Source: Tricharina praecox (Eukaryota). Taken from it: a DNA stretch of 64,000 nt. The translations under genes were made by a program, and so were the position numbers. The stretch spans positions 1,488,001 to 1,552,000 of the forward strand of contig NW_026250404.1 of the NCBI RefSeq assembly GCF_024521635.1, in the 5' to 3' direction. Position 1 is the first letter of the stretch, and each line of letters begins with the position of its first letter. Below, piece by piece: positions 24,783-38,413 of the stretch. The notes under the pieces were generated by a model. The model ran no database searches, was not told the DNA's origin, and saw only the letters and a list, made by a program, of their open reading frames with translations.

Positions 24783-25100
24783 TTTTTTAAGGTTACTATT
24801 ACTTTTGGACAGGCGGAATTGACTCTGTCCCCGGAAGTGCGGGAGAAGTTTCGAGGGAGTGAGGTTGCTGCTGTCGCTTGAGGACAACTGTAAACTTGAG
24901 CCGCTTCCCTGCCGAGATCTGTGATCACCGTCCCAAAGGAGCTACAAGACACGTAACAGCAATGCATAGATGCAAGTGTATTTTAGCGGGATACCTCGTT
25001 CTATGCATATAGTTTCAAACGCAAGCAGTCCCGATAGCTACTCAATTATATTCTCCAAAGCTCCCAAAGCGCCCAAAGTTTATGTAAGTAACCCCTAACC

Positions 25101-26419
25101 CTACAGCTCCTTCTTCTCGCCATCATCTGTGGTGTTCAGTCTATCTAGGTGAGCTAGATCCAGCGTCAAAAACTCCTTCTTGTTCTTCCAAGCCACCTGG
25201 GTCTCAGCAAAGTCATCGCTCTCAGAGGGAGGTGGAGGAGGATCGGTGATTTTGGTGATCAAATAAGCTGTGCTTGCTTCCGCAATGCCGTAGATCAAGA
25301 CACCTAGAAGGGGTGTCTTGAGGATGAGGTAGAAGCCGACGCCAAAGCCTACCCACTCATGAGCCAAGGTGCATTTGTAGATAAACACAGGATTTAGACA
25401 TACCAAAGAGGAGGCCCTGTCTGTCACGGAACCAACGCTTCTTCTGTTCCTTGGTGAAGTGGATCCGAGAAAAGTAGGGCTCCAATAGTTCACGCATCAA
25501 ACTCCGACTCGCGAAGAACCCTTGAAGCACCATCACCATCCACCGCTTCGGGAGGAAGAAGCCGCATGCGAAAACGACTGCTGCTGGCTCGGGACCGACG
25601 GCGTCGTTCAGGGAGTAGAAGGATGCGGCAGGTAGGACGAAGCTGGCGACCAGTCAGCACCTCCTTCGAAACAGAATGTAAGTACATTGTCTGTACTCAC
25701 GGTCCGATGTAGGGCACAAATGTGAGAAGGTATATTCCCATCGAGATCGCGGCACGCTTGGCATAGCGTTGCGCAAACAAGAGCACGTTCCGATAAACCG
25801 ACTTCTTGTCCTTCGGTGGACCTCCTGTAACTTGCTTACTGTCCCCATACTGGCGAAGATTCGGATAGTACATCGCCCTCAGCGTGGTCGGGTCTTCTGA
25901 TTTGTGCTTCACGACATACGTGTGATCAACCCATTCGAGTGACTTCATGAACCTGTTTCGCGGAGATTAGTCGGATTGCTCGCTTCGCAGCGTCCAGAAG
26001 TACAAACATTTCATCCATCGCAGGGCTGACGAAGCGCATGGCGCTCATCATAAAGAAAGGCAGCTGTAGCACGCTCTTCTCGATGAAGGTCAAGCCGGAG
26101 AGCATCCTTTGGTCCCATTGCGAGGATCCCACATCGATAATGAATCCCACGAAAAACAACAGAACGCGGACAAGCAAACTCGGTATGGCAATGATAATAC
26201 GGATAGCAAAGCCGGCTGCAACAGCAATCGCCGCTTGTTTATAGAGCGTAGTGTTGAAGAGTCGGGGATTCTGGAGAGCTCGGTAGGCTGAATTGAGCAC
26301 GAGGGCAGTGCCAGTTAGATATCTGGACGATGTAATCGCGGGAAGGTGGAGATGAACGTACCGCCCACAAGAGTGAGTTGGGCGCCTCTTAGGATTGCAT
26401 TTGGATCAAGGTTCGACAT
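25101..26419 (-). CDS. UsgS-like / EI24-family (Rrt8/Lds-related) transmembrane protein
   Basis: MSNLDPNAILRGAQLTLVGAYRALQNP.LF...RELLEPYFSRIHFTKEQKKRWFRDRQGLLFGF...YGIAEASTAYLITKITDPPP. Introns 26288-26361, 25953-26007, 25643-25700 and 25349-25403 keep the frame; ends KKEL. Confidence 0.8.
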
Positions 26420-27039
26420 TTTGGCGAAAGTTTAGATGGAGAGAAGTGGGCTCGTAACAGGAAAGTACTTCGGTGAGAGGAACCACAGCGGATAAGGAAT
26501 AGGGTGCGTCATACCCGCCGAGCACGCTAACAAATCACACTGAATGCTGTTCTCCAGCATTCGAACAGTGTAATGTATAGATATGCATAGCCAACTGATG
26601 ATCTTCATATCCATATATTGAATATCCTATTTACTTGCTCTTCTACATGAAGGTGATGTTTTGGTATATGTTGGATATTGCTCCTCCTTATGTGGGGGTT
26701 CAACCCGCCGCTCACCAAAGCGCACTCGGACTCCACTCCAAACTACTCTACCAAACACCGCATACATTTCAACATCGCAACTCGAACAGCAACAAACAAC
26801 TCACACTACCGCAGTTCTACACAACTACTAAAACCTCTCTTTCCTTTGCCTCCACCCCCCAGCCCTACCCTACATCCACTCCCCCTCCCTTCCTCTCTTC
26901 CCCCCTTCCATCTTTTCTACATACTCCCGCCAAATAACATCAACTTGCTCCTTGTACCACACTCTTTTCGACAACCCACACTCTCTTAGAATTTACTAAA
27001 GCTCAATCACTTGCTGACAGATTCGTGCTCTCAATCCAC

Positions 27040-30000
27040 ATGGGAACGAACAACAGGAAAAAGCGCTCCTCCGAGTATCTGAGAAAGGACGCAATGTTGG
27101 ACGACGAGTCTCCGCCAAAGACTACAATCCCGAGATCCCCTCTGAGAGAGCCTTCTGGCTGGAGGGAGTTCTACTCACCGGGCCGGGATCGTCAAGCCCA
27201 TACGGGAAGCAACTACATCCCCGCTACACCTCTCGAGACGAGCACGGTTCCACGGAGACCTTATGTTCAGTGCCCTCCGTGGGAGCCACAAGGATCGATC
27301 CCATCAAGGCAGTCGCTCTCTACCACGCCTAGTCGAACACACCTTGCTCCTGTCCGGTCTGACGATGTTAGAGAGTTGGAGAGGCAATGGAAGAATAGCG
27401 GTAGGCAGGGTCTGGCCACACAGGAGTCGGTGAACCGGAACTCCCCTGACGCATGTATGTGACGCCGTGAGCTTTAAGCTTCCCCTTTCCCTCGACCCTT
27501 GTTAGTGGTTTCAATATGCGGACTAACGGATTATGTCTTTTCTTTCAGTGAGTTCACGTGTTTCCTGGTATAACCCAACAGCGAGCAGTCCAGTCTCAAT
27601 GAGCACACCATTTCAACCACCAAGGGGGAACGTACATCCTCGTGCTTCACCGGAGTCCAGCGCACAGGTACACTGTCCGAATTTCCCGAGTGACTCGGGT
27701 ACCATAATCGAAAACAATTCTTCGTGGATCCCACCGCATCGAAGAAAGCGCAAATCCGCAGAGACCGCGAGGCCCTCCGGGGGTTTCGAGAAGGCAGTCG
27801 AAGCACTCAAAGAATCTAAAGTACCACTGAATCAACCAAGCGACCAACAACAGCACGGCCAGCAGTACGGTCAGCAGTACGGTCAGCAGTACGGTCAGCA
27901 GTACGGCCAGCAGAACGGCCAGCAGAACGGCCAGCAGAACGGCCAGCAGAACGGTCAGCAGAACGGTCAGCAGAACGGTCAGCAGAACGGTCAGCAGAAC
28001 GGCCAGCAGCACCGCAAGCAGCAGAGCCAGCAGCACAGCCGGACATACAGCCAGCAGCACAGCCAGCAGCAGAATAACCAGCACGGCCACCTGCAGAGCC
28101 ACCCGCAGAGCCACCCGCAGAGCCACCCGCAGAGCCACCCGCAGAGCCACCCGCAGAGCCACCCGCAGAGCCACCCGCAGAGCCACCCGCAGAGCCACCC
28201 GCAGAGCCACCCGCAGAGCCACCCGCAGAGCCACCCGCAGAGCCACCCGCAGAGCCACCCACAGAGCCACCCGCAGAGCCACCCGCAGAGCCACCCGCAG
28301 AGCCACCCGCAGAGCCACCCGCAGAGTTACCCGCAGAGCCCCCAGCAGAACCACCCGCAGAGCCAGCAACTTCCTCTCCATGCGACCTATGAGAACGGGA
28401 TGAGGAAAACAGCTGGCCGCGGGCGTATGAATAGCGATTACACTGGGGTTGTGCTGCCTTTGATGGACGAATACGTGGCTACACCCCAGAAGCCAGCCCA
28501 AGCACCATGGATGGCTAAGGTGAAGAATAATAAATTTGGAAGCGGGATGGAGAGGTAGGACTTTCCCATATCCACGAGTGACAAGTAGTGCACCACGCTT
28601 GGATTTGATTCTAATTGATTGATGGATGATTTCTGTATGCAGATTGAGCAACGAGTTAACTGCTTTTGTTAACTACATGGCCCGCTCACCTCCAGAGATA
28701 GACGCCCGGAATTACTTTACCCAGAGCATCATATCTGCGATAGACTCTTACTTTCCGGATACTGAACATACTGTCAGACTATATGGATCGGATGCCACTT
28801 CGTTAGGCTTGCCATTAAGCGACATTGATGTGATGATCAGCGCGCCGAGTCTCCGCAGAGTAAATCCTTACCATACCAGAGATTTGAAGGTCCAAGCACT
28901 CCGGGACATTCAACAGCTATTCGCCAGGGCTGGATTCAACCTGTTCTCAACAATTCGGGATGAGGCTACTATTCCTATCCTAGAGATAGAAGATGTCGGC
29001 ACGGGTCTAGAAATGGACATTTCGTTCGAGGAGCCGCATTCAGCACAAGGGCTGGAAGACGTTAAGAGCTGGTGTGCTCATTACGGACATCGTCAACTCA
29101 TAAGCTTGTACCTACCGCTAAAGCACGCTCTGAATATGCGTAAGCTGGGTCTTGGATCAGCGACAACACCATATCAGGTACGTAACTTGAGTGAAACATC
29201 CGGAGAACTTTTAGTGAATCGTAGGTTAATTCGCGAGACAAATAATAGGGCGGAGCTGGATCGTACGTCCTTCTGTGCATGGTGATTGTTTTCATGGAGA
29301 CAAGATATCAAGAACTGTGCAGTATCTGGCGGCAAAAGCCACTCAGTCCGGGAAGGACTTTTGTGGCGATGCTGAAATTCTGGGGGGAGGAGTTCAACTT
29401 CGAAACCACCGCCATCATGGTCAATCCTCCTTCTCTGATTCCTAAACAAGCCTACTTGCCGGTAAGTCTTTCACGCTTGGCCTCAATCCGTCGCCTAGAA
29501 ATATCTGCTAAAATCACATGCAGGCTTTCATTTTTGAAGTCCGAAGTCCGTTCGACGGATCCACAAATGTTGCTGGTGGTGCGTTTGGAATGAAGCACAT
29601 CAAAGAGACGATTAAACACTTTGCCAATGTTCTCGCAGAGCGCATACTGGAAGTTGATCGCATGCAAGCAGTCCATCCGTACGGATTCAATCACCAGAGA
29701 GGGTTATTAGATCCACCGGGCATGACATGCGGGGTTCTCGGGAGCATCATCGGTGGGAATTATGAGACGTTCGAGGAAAGGAGGAGCAAGATCCGAAAAT
29801 TTGGTGAGAGGATACAAGCCCTGGGACTGGTTGGCGCGCCACAACACGAAACAGAAGCAACACCAGCCGGAGGACCTGCTCGTCCGGTCGGGTCTGTGGG
29901 GAGACTGAAAGGATATGGGGGCCAGGCACTGCCGTTTATACCTGCAACGAAACCGTTTGTGCCACCTCATTTGAGAGGTCTGGATGACTCCCAATTTTAG
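27040..30000 (+). CDS. Non-canonical poly(A) polymerase / terminal nucleotidyltransferase (Trf4/Cid14/PAPD5-like, pol-beta fold) with long low-complexity N-terminus
   Basis: LYGSDATSLGLPLSDIDV (hGS...DxD), IPILEI.D..TGLEMDISFE (third Asp), GGAGSYVLLCM, and a PAP-associated-like segment EVRSPFDGSTNVAGGAF. Introns 27455-27548, ~28555-28642, ~29178-29248 and 29462-29523 keep the frame. Confidence 0.82.
27848..28010 (+). repeat. Coding 12-bp tandem repeat encoding QQHG, (QQYG)4, (QQNG)8
   Basis: Unit CAGCAG(T/A)ACGG(C/T), read directly. Confidence 0.95.
28094..28321 (+). repeat. Coding 12-bp tandem repeat encoding (QSHP)19
   Basis: Unit CAGAGCCACCCG; 228 bp, near perfect (one CCA variant). Confidence 0.97.
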
Positions 30001-31127
30001 ATGACGCAACAGGTCGGAGAACGATGTCGACAATATCCATCCGTACAGATCCGAGACATCGAGGCTTTACGCACCTCTAAACAAGATACGATACTATCTT
30101 GTCTGAGTATATTTCGCCGGTTTTGTGTGGGAGTTACTCCGTTTATTTGTTTGTCACTTTCGTTTCTCCTTCTCCGTTATTCTTGGATGAATTCACAGAT
30201 ATTGCAAAAAGCAGCGACGGCCCAGGTTCGATAGCACTAAATGAATATGCCGGGAACTGAAGGGGCAGGAGAAGGATCGAGGGTGGAGGAGGAGAAGTTT
30301 ATGATGCTGCTAGTTGTAGCTACTCTTGTTCTGAATCAACCTGGCCGTTGTACAAAACTTTAGGGATTCTTTCTCTCGATATCCGTCTGGCGTCCGACCT
30401 GTTGCTCGCTGGTAGGTATTTGTGGATCGGTGGCGACTGGACTTTTCAATAGGCAAGTAGGGTGAAGACATGTGCTGATTCTTCTGGTGGAAAATTTTGA
30501 ACGTACGGTAACAGATACCCCACACACCTCTGCATATTCGGAAGGGACGGCCTGAGGATATATACTCGACTAAGAACAACCAAACTCGAGACGAGTGACT
30601 TTTCAATTACCCGCTAACTGATCGACAGCAAGGATGACTGTATGTGCAAGTCTGTCCGGACGGAACATGGCCATTCCGAATCCCGAACCCTTTCTGAGGA
30701 GTGGTGGTGGTTCGGTGAAGAGTTCTCCTAAGCTTTGGTAGAGACGGCCCAATGCGTTCTTTCTTGGCCCGCCCATCGAAGCTTCAAACAACCTCCATCT
30801 AGGTACTCTACTCTCAAGCGGGACCCGGGGGAAAGTCTGAATCTTTTTTTCTTTTTACCCGTGACGCAATCGTACACCGAGTCAACCGAGTCACCAACAC
30901 CCCTCGCACATAACCTTGTCCATGGAAGGGGATCATGCCGCTGCCCGGAGAAATCAACGCATCCGGGTTGCCGAGAAACTTCAGTATGACTTTCGGTGAT
31001 TAGTTACGTTGCGTAGGGTCATCTTCTCCTCCCCTCCTCGCCCTCCTACCACATCCCACCCCCCTCTTTCGAACAACCTCCGACCTCGCTCAAACTTCCG
31101 TCACGTCGTTTGTCGTATGCTACAGTT

Positions 31128-32458
31128 ATGGCCACCCCATACAATGAAACGCACATCCAGTATGACGGGCACATCTTCAACGAAACGCTCTTGAATGAGT
31201 TCAATTATAGTCAGTTCGATAACTCATATCCTTCCTTTGTCTCACCCCCTAGTCATTTAAATAGCATCATATACGCGTTTCGGCTCCTGACGTTCGCATT
31301 TTTCTCACAGCAATCTGGGGAAACGGAACGCTCTCAAACTCGACGTCAAATTGCTGGCTTGTCTTCGGCCCGTACAATGTTGCCCTCCTCGCCAACGGAA
31401 CGTCCGTCAACGGCACCAAGTGTGAAAGCCCCGTCAAAAAGATCGCAACCCGCGGTGGTCTCGGTGTTGGCTTCGGTGTTCTCTTCGCGATCATGATCAT
31501 CCTCGGAATCACCTCCCTGGGCAAACACGGAAAAAGCTACCTGCCACTCGAGAAGCAGTTCCGGCTAGTTTCACGGCGGTGGCCATGGTACTGGTTCTTG
31601 ATTGCGGGTACTTGTGGGTGCATCTCGGGATTCACTAGTGTAGATGTGGACCGAAGCTACCTCCCTGGCACCGGGTTGATACTTCAAAACGTCTTCTACT
31701 ATGTCACACTGCCGGCAATGCTGGCGTCGATCTGGGAAATGACGCGGCACTGGGGAAGCTTTTGTGAGCGCAGACTGCTGGATGCAGACCCATGGAAATT
31801 CGTCCACACCGACCTGAGAAGCAAGCTCGAGTTTTACAATCCTCTTGTCTTTTACCTCTTCGGATTCTTGGTATGCTAGTCCGCCTACACGCAGCCCTGC
31901 TCTGGGCCTCATGACCCCTGACTGATGATGGCGGGGTAGACGTTCTTCCTTTCGGTTCTTCGCTCGTGGACTCCTATTCCCAAGGGTGCGTGGTCTGGCG
32001 ATCACCATGAGTCCATAGCAGCGGCCACCGACGGACGGTTCAAAGCCTCGAGTATATTCGCTTTCCTGGCATGGCTGTCCATCCTCGCATCCGTCGCCAC
32101 CTCGTTCACGTATTACCCACCCGTGGCGCAACGGATCTCCGCAAAGATCCCCATCTGCCTAGCTGCGATACTGGTACGCGTGGTATACAATATCGCGGTG
32201 GCCTGGGAATACAACCTCGGCCCTCTCAACGCCTTCACGAACGTGGCGTACATTTACGTCTTGGGCTATGCTCCCATCATCTTCTGCATGCTCACCATGT
32301 GCATCTGGGCTAGGATCGAGGTGAACGATGACTTGCAGATCAAGGAGCTGAGGAGGGAAAGGGAGCGGAAGGTAGATCACGAGCTAGGAATTGGACCTGG
32401 TCAGACACAATTGCTGAAGGTGTCCCCATCCGAGGACGCGGCGTTTGACAAAACCTGA
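31128..32458 (+). CDS. Fungal multi-pass membrane protein, DUF2434-like
   Basis: NYTIWGNGTLSNSTSNCWL, L.KHGK.YLPLEKQFRLVSRRWPWYW, VDVDRSYL, WE..RHWGS..ERR..D.DP and ATDGRFKA; introns 31210-31310 and 31871-31939. Confidence 0.75.
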
Positions 32459-33556
32459 CGCGATTGGTTGTGCAAAGGGGCGGTAAGACGCGGTAGACGG
32501 TGGGGCGGAGGTGGAGCGGGGACATGTTTACTTCCTGAAGCATAAGCATGATCATGGGTGGCGCATTCGGTTTGGTGTTATATCAGGTCCCTCCTTTCGT
32601 CTCCTTCGTGTAGAGTAATATTTCTCCTTCCTTTTCTCTTCAGTCTTTCTTTCATCCGGCTTCAGACTTTCAGTCATTTGCTGTGAGCTTGGTACACGTT
32701 AGAGTTTCTTCGGGTCGAGAGTGTCAGAGTAAGAGGGGAGAAAGGCCGTTCGCTTTTAGATAGCAGCTGTTATTTCATCATGCTGTGTTCGGTCGGATAG
32801 CAATCATCATTCGTCTTCACCTGAAGAATTGCGTGGGGCGGCCGAGTAACAGTTTGTGTTGTTTTGGACACACCTCAGCTGACTAACAGCCGATTGCAGC
32901 CGTTTTGGGCGATGATCTGCCCTGTCAACTCGCAATCTGGCCATCTCAAAACATCCTGGCGAACACAGCAAATCGGACTTGGGCTTCAGTGCCGCCTCCT
33001 ATCGACTTCTTCATAATATCCTATCCCTCCACGTCTTCTGGGCCGCCCGCTTCAGGCTGCAGGAGAAAAGTACGGAAGCGACGATAAGCCGACCAGTTAG
33101 ACTACCCCGTATGTTGCTGTTATTTTTCCCGTGCCGTCTTGTCGTGTCCTGCCCCATGCCCGCCCTCTACCAAGAAACGCCTGGCCACACGTGCGAGTAC
33201 TTCCCTACAGCGAGCAGCAGCAGCCACAGCGCTGGGCGTGCGGTCGGAAAGGCTCGCCTCATCCTATCCTTTCTATCTATGCATTCATATCCACCACTCG
33301 CGCAAGTACCTACTCTAATACTCTAACCCACATCCCAAACCCTGCCACCTAAGCATCAATTCGAATCCACCCCCCAAAAAGCTCCTGAAATAAAGTAGTG
33401 CTTCGTGTCTTGACCTTCTCCTCCTTCTCCATCTCCGCCAACCCCCCCACTCCCCCAAACGAAACTCAATCACTCAATCGAGTCCCAGTTCTACATCTCA
33501 AGAGGAAGCCCATACTTACACCCGATCGAAAAGGCCACGCGCGAACTCCAACCATC

Positions 33557-36500
33557 ATGGCTGATATGGGCATGTTCCATGCTCTCGGCCACGGCGACGA
33601 TCCCAACGATCCCAACGGCTACGCCGGCGGTCCTCCGCCGAACCCGAGCTTCCGAGCCCAGCCTGCCCCGCCGCCGGCAGGATACCAACAAGCTGGCGGT
33701 ACGCCGTTTGGCCAGCCACAGCAGCAACAAGCGTACGGCCTGCCACCACAACGATCTCCCTACCAACAGCATACCCCGTACGGCGCTCCCCCACCTTCGA
33801 CGTCTCCCTACCCGCCGCCACAGCAGCAAAGTCCCTATGGCCCTCCGCAGGGGCAGCAGCAGCAGCAGTTCGGCGGATATGATCCTACCGGAGGTGTCGG
33901 GGGTCTCACCCAGCAGATGTCACAAGCCGATTTGATGAATCCGCAGGTGGGCACGGTTTCGAGGGCATCGAAGAAGAAGGGGAGGGCATACCACCAGCTT
34001 GACCAGACACCGGACGCGATGGGAGGAGGCTCTGGGGGAATGCCGTCCTTTTCGCCGAATGTTGGGGACCACATGCAGCAGGGGTTCCTGAGCAATCAGC
34101 AGTCGCCAGCGGGCGCCCCGGGGATGATGGGAGGGCAATTCGTTGGAAACTCGCAGTTTCCGGGGAACACGCAGCAGTTTGGAGGTTCGCAGTTCCCAAT
34201 GCAGGCGTCTCCAGGATTCGGACCGCAGCAACCTACGGATGTGGCTGCGTTCCACGCTCGTCCCGGAAGCAGTGGTATTTCTACCGGTGGAAAGATTGAT
34301 CCCTTGTCTATCCCATCTGTCCCGTTTGCTCGTGATGCTTCGGTCCAGCACTTCCGACAAACCGTCTTCCCGACTCTTGCCCGACAGTTGCCCCCTAATG
34401 CGGCCTCCGACTTCATCGGCCATGATCAGGGAAATGCTTCGCCGCGGTTCTGCCGGCTGACGTTGAATGCGGTGCCCACTACTGGAGAGCTACTGAACCT
34501 ATCACACCTGCCATTGGCACTGCTGATCCAACCATTGGCCAAGCTGAAGCCGGAAGAGGAAGCCATTCCGGTTCTAGACTTTGGTGAGATGGGCCCGCCG
34601 CGATGCCGGCGCTGCAGGACCTATATAAACCCGTTTGTGCAGTTCGTCCAGGGCGGCGGCAAGTTTCAGTGTAACATGTGTCTGTTCCCCAATAACGAGG
34701 TACCTCCGGAGTACTATTCGCCTCTGGATATGAGCGGGGCCAGGCTGGATAGAGAACAGAGGCCGGAATTGACCAGGGGCACGGTGGAGTTCGTGGTGCC
34801 GAAGGAGTACTGGGTCAAGAAAGACGGGTCTCTGCCGCCGGCAGACGGAAAGGGCGGGTATCCGATGCGGTTCCTCTTCCTGGTCGATGTGACCGAGAAT
34901 GCAGTAAACCGGGGGTCTTTGGCGGCCATGGTTGCTGGAATCAAGGAGGCACTGTATGGACAGAGTGCATACGAAGACGTTTCTGAGGGTGAGGTATCAG
35001 AGGATGGCACAAAGAGGAGGCTTCCTGAGGGATGCAAGGTTGCTATCTGCACGTTTGACAAGGAGATTCAATTCTACAACTTGCACGTAAGTGACGACGG
35101 TGCAACCGAGTGACCTTTCACGGATTACCGAACTAACGATGGATGTAGCCGTCTTTGGATCAATCACAGATGGTGGTCATGCCCGACATCGAAGAACCAT
35201 TCGTTCCCTTCGAGTCTGGGCTCTTTGTTGACCCCTACGAATCCAGGTACATTGCCCTTTCTTCAATTTAGCCAGCGGTTTACTTACGGACGTTTCCGCA
35301 GATCCGTAATTGAACATCTCCTGGAAAACCTGCCCAGTCTTTTCCTCCACATCAAGAATCCCGAACCTGCCCTGATGCCCGCTCTCACCACCTGTCTCTC
35401 GGCGCTCGAGAAGACGGGAGGAAAGATCATTTGCTCGCTTTCAACCATCCCGACGTGGGGCCCTAACCGCCTGGTGTTGCGTGAGGATAGCAAGATTTAC
35501 GGCACTGACAAAGAGAAGACGCTCTTCAAGACGGACGCCCCAGCATGGCGAACGATTGCAGGGAAGATGGTTGAGGCGGGTGTAGGTATAGACTTCTTTA
35601 TGACTCCCTCCGCCTACATTGACGTAGCCACCATTGGTCATATTGCCGCGACGACCGGTGGAGAGACCTTCTTCTACCCTAACTTTGTCCGAGAAAGAGA
35701 CACCAAGAGGCTCACCGATGAGATTTCTCACACCTTCCACCGCGCAACAGGATACCAGGCACTCATGAAGGTGCGGTGCTCGAATGGTCTGCAGGTTACC
35801 GCCTACCATGGAAACTTCCTGCAAATGGGGGCGTTATCGTCGGATATCGAGTTTGGAACTATTGACGAGGACAAGGCTGTCGCGGTCATGTTCTCGCACG
35901 ACGGGAAACTGGATCCGAAGGTGGACGCACACTTCCAGAGCGCACTGTTGTACACTACCAAGAGCGGAGAACGGAGAGTGAGGTGCTCGAACATCGTCGC
36001 CGCGGTCACGGAACAACCTAGAGACACGGTACGATGGGCAGATCAGGACGCTGTGCTTAGTGTGTTGGTGCGAGAAGCAGCCTCACAGATGACTGAGAAG
36101 CCTCTAAAGGAGATCCGCGGTGCTCTAACAGAAAAGTGCATCGAGATTCTCGCATCGTACCGCAAGCACTGCTCCAACGCCGGCAACCCTCCTGGCCAGC
36201 TCGTCCTCCCCGAGAGCCTCAAGGAGTTCGCCATGTACGTGCTGGCACTCCTCAAGAGTCGTGCCTTCCGCGGTGGAAACGTCAGCAGCGACCTCCGGGT
36301 ACACGCAATGCGCATGATCAAGTCCATGTCGGCGACCGAACTCCAGCTGTACCTGTATCCCCGTGTCATCCCGATCCACAACATGTCCGAAGCCGATGGC
36401 TTCGCCGAGGCGTCCGGCCACCTCAAGCTGCCCACAGCAATGCGCGCCTCGTTCTCATTTGTCGAAGAGGGTGGTGTGTATCTCGTCGACAACGGACAGT

Positions 36501-37010
36501 ACCTTCTCCTCTGGATCCACTCGCTGGTATCCCCCAATCTACTGGTCGACCTCTTCGGCGAGGGCTTCGACAAGCTCACCTCCCTCGACCCCTGCATGCA
36601 CGAGCTTCCCGTGCTCGAAACGGCACTCAACGCACAGGTCCGCAATATCATCCAGTACCTTGCGTCGCTCCGCGGTAGCCGCAAACTGGCGATCCAGCTC
36701 GCCCGGCAGGGCCACGACGGCGCGGAATACGAATTTGCCCAGGCCCTCATCGAGGACCGGAACAACGAGGAGCGCAGCTATGTTGACTGGCTCGTCCATG
36801 TACATAAGTACATACAGTTGGAGGTGAGTCCCGCTTCAAGGGGCGGATAGGTGGTGTGGGGTAGTGTGGAAGAAGTGCAAGAATGTGGGCACTGATAGGT
36901 TGCTTTGCGGGGGATAGCTTACCGGCCAGCGGAAGAAGGATGATGGTGGCATAGGCGCGGGTCTGGACATGGGTGGGGGTATGAGCGGGCTGAGACCGGC
37001 GTATTGGTAG
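33557..37010 (+). CDS. SFB3: COPII coat subunit, Sec24 paralogue (Sfb3/Lst1, SEC24C/D type)
   Basis: P/Q/G-rich N-terminus, [11 protein letters not shown], zinc finger [15 protein letters not shown]...[48 protein letters not shown] and [10 protein letters not shown]; introns 35087-35148, 35247-35301 and 36824-36917; ends RPAYW*. Confidence 0.93.
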
Positions 37011-38413
37011 TTGTAAACAACGGCGGCGGTGTGGTTGCGCGGAGAAGCGGTTATGGTTTATACTATAGCACCAACATTTTTTGCTCCTTTGATCTTTTGT
37101 TTCCTTTCATTTTGCTGCGAGCGGGGGGGGGCGATAAAACGAGAAAGGCCGGGAGAGGGGGGCGGGGGGTTGAGCGTATGTTCTTTTGCTTTGCTTTGCT
37201 CGCTTACTTTTTCCTATATATACTTTGTGCCTACCCTATTGTGCTCATGAACGGGTCTTTTGGAGCGGAGTGGACACTGGAGCCTGTGGGTGGGTCGGTG
37301 GTTAATAGATGTGGCGATGATGGCTGAAGAGGGATTGCATACCACACAGTATGCATGCCGCATAGTACCTACACCGTGCCGGTGATGGGGCGCGAACCGG
37401 CTCGAGACGAGCGGCTGAGCGGCTGAGCAGTGCCACCTCGAATGGAGGGGCACAGTGATTGGCTCGAGCTCGCGGCCCTAAGAGTGGTTGGCCAGAGGCA
37501 GCCTCCAAGTTCCAGTTCTCGACCCATGGGCACATCATTCATATGTACATGCAATCTGTTCACACAAAACTCAGGTCGTATGATATGATACCGTAGCTAC
37601 CTATGCCGGCTTGGAATCTAGAAGCCCCAACCATCCATCCATCCCACGGCTCGAACCAGCGTATTCGGCGCCAGCCAGCCAGCAGATTAAAATTCCTTTT
37701 TTGCTTTCATGTTCCCCGGGGGGGCTCGAGGCTCGGGCGGGGGCTCGCCAGCAATTGGATTGGACTAATACCAGCCTGTCACTCGACCGGTCTACCTAGT
37801 TAAGATGCAAGTAGCTACTCTACTATCGTGGGATTACTGTTATGCACCCAGTTTACAAAAGTGCGTATTGCCATGATCTAGATGGATCATGGATGGATGG
37901 GGCGTGACCCGCGTGCTACCAGCGAATCCAACAGAAACGAATGCAAAAAACAAATGCAAAAACCGAAAAGCAAAAACAAAAACAAAACGTAAAACCCCCT
38001 GGCTGGATCGAAAATGTGCCGGCCGGCCCCAGTGTCCCAGTGCAACTTCTGACACGTAGTTATGCGCGGATGCTGTGTGTGGCCAGTGGTTTGGCTGGAG
38101 CGTTTGGGATCGAGGGGCAAGATGGTAGGTCGACGAGGCTTCACTTTTCACTTTTCGCCGCCCCGTGCTGTGTGCAGTACCCAGTAACACGACCGTTATC
38201 ATGCAATGCGAATGGGCCGGCTGGTATAGGCAGTGTAAAGCGAATGAACAGGGTAAGACGGGCAATCGCCCATCACCATATAACGGCCCTTCCATATCGA
38301 CGGGCACAGCCGTACCGGCGAAGGCCAGCCATACTATTATATAGTCTCAGGTGTGCCCTCCCTCCATGCGGAGCAAAAGTACAACAGAACCGACATCCAA
38401 CCCACACCTAGCC

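Noticed and set aside
27848..28321. CRISPR-like array
   Set aside because: Head-to-tail tandem units without spacers, inside a eukaryotic exon.
27647..28651. Antisense ORFs encoding (VALR)n/(VLLT)n and (AGGS)n
   Set aside because: Alternative-frame readouts of the 12-bp coding repeats.
30310..30989. Short ORFs between the nucleotidyltransferase and the DUF2434-like gene
   Set aside because: No recognisable motif or consistent splice structure.
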